Below, piece by piece: positions 32,062-35,138 of a stretch of DNA of 35,138 nt. The notes beneath the pieces were generated by a model. The model saw only the letters and a program-made list of their open reading frames with translations. It did no database searches and was not told the DNA's origin. Numbering within the stretch: the first letter of the stretch is position 1; each line of letters opens with the position of its first letter. This DNA comes from a virus, in IMG/VR virus record IMGVR_UViG_3300022538_000472, positions 1 through 35,138 of that record. The stretch is one strand, 5' to 3'. Position numbers and translations under genes: made by a program.

Positions 32062-32765
32062 TAGCATCTCCACCGCTCGGGCGGTTCCAAGGTCTTCCAG
32101 TTCACGGGCTCGATAGACTTTTTGCCTTTGTAGTAGCCGTCGGTGATGATTGAATTCTCGCCGATGTGGTAGCAGTAGGTGTGTGTCAAGTAGCCAACTC
32201 TGAACCCCGCTGCCCGTGTGTCATTGCATTTGCGCAGTGTTGGGGTAGAGCCGAAGTTGTTTCTGTAATGTGGCAATGGCTTTAACATGAGCAACTTGCG
32301 ACGCACGAACATGAAGGTGCCACCGACGAAGCGGCAGTAGGTTACCTCGCCTCTGACTTCCTGTGGCCTACGATTCGCGCCAGGATGATTGAGTGCCATT
32401 ACACCAAGTTCTGGATGGTTCGGCAATGCCGCTAGACCTCGCGCCAGCCAGTCGGGTTCAATGTCTGGACATAGCACGTCATCGTCTACGAACACTACCG
32501 GGTCTGAACACGCTAGCCAAGAGCCGACGTTGATGTTTGCCATCTGACCTGTGCGGTCGCCGCGCATTAGCAGGTTGGCTAGTTGACCCTGAGCATAGAG
32601 TCCGAGTAGATATTCCACTGTTTCTTCGTCATCGGAAGCATCATTGATGATATGAAGCGCAAAGGGAGACTTGGTACGCTCAAAGATATGCGCCACTGTG
32701 CGCCGTAGATAGTGGAGTCGGTTGCGGGTTGTCAGTACGATGTCAGTTATAACTTGTTTGCTCAC
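32061..32765 (-). CDS. Glycosyltransferase family 2
   Basis: DIVLTTRNR, INDASDD, FVDDDV (DxD motif), C-terminal HIG. Confidence 0.88.
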   Translation of the reverse strand: MSKQVITDIVLTTRNRLHYLRRTVAHIFERTKSPFALHIINDASDDEETVEYLLGLYAQGQLANLLMRGDRTGQMANINVGSWLACSDPVVFVDDDVLCPDIEPDWLARGLAALPNHPELGVMALNHPGANRRPQEVRGEVTYCRFVGGTFMFVRRKLLMLKPLPHYRNNFGSTPTLRKCNDTRAAGFRVGYLTHTYCYHIGENSIITDGYYKGKKSIEPVNWKTLEPPERWRC

Positions 32766-32768
32766 TGC

Positions 32769-32957
32769 TCATCCCTTCTCAGGATTCAGACCTGGACCTC
32801 GAATTGTCCTCCTCCAAGTAACATACCATCCATCCGCTTCCTCAAATGACCGTACATCGACCGCAGCGAATGGAACTACTTCGTAACCTCCCTGCTCATC
32901 CTTGAATGGCCCTGCGGTTTGACGCTCAACCAGGTCCATATATTTCTCATCAATCAT
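32769..32957 (-). CDS. Hypothetical protein (62 aa)
   Basis: Exactly fills the gap between two glycosyltransferase genes. Confidence 0.55.
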   Translation of the reverse strand: MIDEKYMDLVERQTAGPFKDEQGGYEVVPFAAVDVRSFEEADGWYVTWRRTIRGPGLNPEKG

Positions 32958-32958
32958 T

Positions 32959-34233
32959 TCACATTCCCTCTATTGCCGCCCATAGTGTCGGCCATACTCC
33001 TTCCAGACTTCTGGTCTTGCGCGCCTCGGCGTGCAATCTCAGCACTGGATTGTGTTCCATCTGGTACGCTATCCCTGCCGCGACGTGTTTCATGTAGTCC
33101 TGGCGATTAGCATAAGTTGTCGTAGTGCTCCCAGGCATGCCAGTGTTCACGTCGATTGCAGATGAGAACTTATACAGTAGTGCCTTTCCATCATACTGCC
33201 TGAACACCGGCAAGTCAAAGTTAAGCACAAGTCCACATCGCTTCCACATCGCCTCTGGTAGGATGAGCGGGTCGCACTCTGATACCGAAGGATGTACTAT
33301 TACGTCAGCAACTTCCATCAAGTCCAGCACTGCTTTGTGCGGAATACAGTAGTTGTAGGGTGCGCCATCCCACCGGCCCTCCATGTCAGACGTGAAGAAA
33401 ACTGGTACGTCCAAGTCATCAGCCTGCTTCTTCATCTCATCTCGATATGTCAGTTTGTCGCCTGCAATGCTATGAAAGTCGGCAATGACTACCCTGGCAT
33501 TGAATCCCATCTTACATAGTTCGGCAAATATCTCAATTATGATGTGAGGTTGCTTGCCACGATCGAGGCGGCAGGGATAGAAGGCAATTACATCTGCTTT
33601 CATCAGATCTGCCCTTGCGACCATCTGTTTCGCGGCAGGGTCAAAACTCTCACAGAAGTCAATCGCGTTGGGAATAATTACAATCTCATCCAACTCATAA
33701 CCAAACAAGGCTCCCTTGCGCATCACTTCCTCAGTGTGCATTGCCACCAGTCGTGAGTTAGGGAATTGCCCCTGGACTTCCTTCTTGAATTGCCCCATCT
33801 TGTTGTGGACGCCCATCTTGGTGGCAGAATGCACCCAGTGAAGCCATTTTAGGTCAGGTCGTACAGCGGCAACCCTGCGGCCTGCGATTTCGTACTTGAA
33901 CATGTTGGGCTGATAAATCATGTCATGGCTCATGACCACGTCAAAGTCCTTCAATGCCCCCAGCATCTGCGCTGAAAGACGCCCAATTTCCTCACCAGTT
34001 TTGTCTGTGAGATTGACCACATTGCCGCCGATCTCACCGGGGTCAAGTTCTACGATCTCAGCGCCCTCGTAGTCTGCTGCGTGGCGGTCATACTGAAAGC
34101 CCTTGCGCACCAGAAGTCGTGGTTTGTAACCACCGCACGCCAACATCGTGATCTGGCTCTGCACAACCCTGCACAAGCTGTAGGCAGGATCATAGTTTGA
34201 GAAATCACTTAGTACACAAACTCTATTCATCAA
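32959..34233 (-). CDS. Glycosyltransferase, GT-B fold (GT4-like)
   Basis: IIPNAID, PCRLDRGK, ADVIVHPSVSECDPLILPEAM (E-x7-E), DLPVF. Confidence 0.85.
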   Translation of the reverse strand: MMNRVCVLSDFSNYDPAYSLCRVVQSQITMLACGGYKPRLLVRKGFQYDRHAADYEGAEIVELDPGEIGGNVVNLTDKTGEEIGRLSAQMLGALKDFDVVMSHDMIYQPNMFKYEIAGRRVAAVRPDLKWLHWVHSATKMGVHNKMGQFKKEVQGQFPNSRLVAMHTEEVMRKGALFGYELDEIVIIPNAIDFCESFDPAAKQMVARADLMKADVIAFYPCRLDRGKQPHIIIEIFAELCKMGFNARVVIADFHSIAGDKLTYRDEMKKQADDLDVPVFFTSDMEGRWDGAPYNYCIPHKAVLDLMEVADVIVHPSVSECDPLILPEAMWKRCGLVLNFDLPVFRQYDGKALLYKFSSAIDVNTGMPGSTTTTYANRQDYMKHVAAGIAYQMEHNPVLRLHAEARKTRSLEGVWPTLWAAIEGM

Positions 34234-35138
34234 ATCGCCTCACTTACCGCTTGTCTGACTCTCACCTCAAACTCCGCCAAGTCCATCCCGTCGTTGATAT
34301 AGTTCGGCCCGATGGTTACCTCTGTGCTGCTATATACTGCTGCAGGAGCCATCATTGCAGGCGCAACCAGTCCTAGCGATGCTGAAAAGCCCGCTGCTGC
34401 CTGCATCATATCAGCCTCGATTCCACCCTGCATCGCAGCACTGAGTTGAACTGGCACTTGAAATCCTACATCACGCAGTGCTTTGCCTGTAGCATAATCT
34501 AGTGCATCTAGCAGTCTCACACCAGTCTGGGAGCGAATGGAATCTACCAATCCGTCTGTGATCTTGTCGCCCATCATGTCGCCGACTTCCTCGCCTGAGT
34601 GCCAGCGAAGCCAATCTAGAATCTCACCCCATAGCCAGCTCCAGAAGTCCGAGGCCCATGTCGTGACTGCCTTCACGCCCGCCATTATCTTAGTCAATAT
34701 CTTGCCTCCAATTTCCTTGATCTTCTCCCACCAAGTCCCCGCACCAATTGCACCTATTAGGCCCTCTAACTTGGTTCTTAGAGTACCAACGATGCCCGTC
34801 GCCGCACCCCAAAGAGTAGTGAGTCCAGACTTGATCATATTCACAATCTTCTCGCCCAGGTCTTGAACCTTCTGCCAAACTGTAAGAGCAAAAGTACCCA
34901 CTGCGCCCAAAGCCTCCAGTTTTGTTGCGATTGCACCAGTTACGTTAGTCCAGAGTGTAACGAGACCATCCCTGATCGAATTGGCAATGTTATAACCAAT
35001 GTTCATTATGTTATTGTAGAGAGTAGAACCAAAAGCGAGAATATCAGCAAGCGCCGAGAGCGCAGATTCCACTGCTGAACTCACCAATCCCATTGCCATA
35101 TTCACTATGCCCTCGAGCGCGTTGAACATCGTTTCAAA
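34230..35138 (-). CDS. Tape measure protein, C-terminal part (5' partial)
   Basis: Frame open to the window end; amphipathic helical repeats with spaced Trp (W..V...G..I...I..G); located upstream of the tail genes. Confidence 0.75.
   Translation of the reverse strand, partial: FETMFNALEGIVNMAMGLVSSAVESALSALADILAFGSTLYNNIMNIGYNIANSIRDGLVTLWTNVTGAIATKLEALGAVGTFALTVWQKVQDLGEKIVNMIKSGLTTLWGAATGIVGTLRTKLEGLIGAIGAGTWWEKIKEIGGKILTKIMAGVKAVTTWASDFWSWLWGEILDWLRWHSGEEVGDMMGDKITDGLVDSIRSQTGVRLLDALDYATGKALRDVGFQVPVQLSAAMQGGIEADMMQAAAGFSASLGLVAPAMMAPAAVYSSTEVTIGPNYINDGMDLAEFEVRVRQAVSEAI

Noticed and set aside
1-35138. tRNA/rRNA genes, integrase, transposase, reverse transcriptase/DGR, capsid or terminase genes
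   Set aside because: None recognised by eye in this window, so lifestyle (temperate versus lytic) cannot be determined.

Overview
A 35 kb segment of a tailed dsDNA phage genome (possibly a prophage) with two convergent arms. The + strand arm (1-22160) carries early/replication genes: small membrane proteins, an ERCC4/XPF-like nuclease, a P-loop ATPase, a Prim-Pol primase-helicase followed by an AT-rich candidate origin, an XRE regulator, a large DNA methyltransferase and a DinG-like helicase. The - strand arm (22158-35138) carries the 3' end of a probable tape measure gene, three glycosyltransferases and tail proteins with mucin-like Thr/Ser linkers. The standout feature is a solo RAMP/Cas7-like gene (5412-6008) followed immediately by a ~490-nt non-coding array of 13 units. 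Each unit is a 6-nt GCAAYA-like anchor plus 5-8 pentamers of the form GC-NNN. This looks like a minimal RNA-guided system that is not CRISPR. The window also holds six homing-endonuclease-like genes. Two appear to have replaced the middle of a phage gene, one sits at a duplicated helicase 5' end, and one is nested out of frame inside the methyltransferase. Four genes share a leader made of a sigma70 promoter plus two interleaved RNA helices. All family assignments come from motifs read by eye; no database searches were run.
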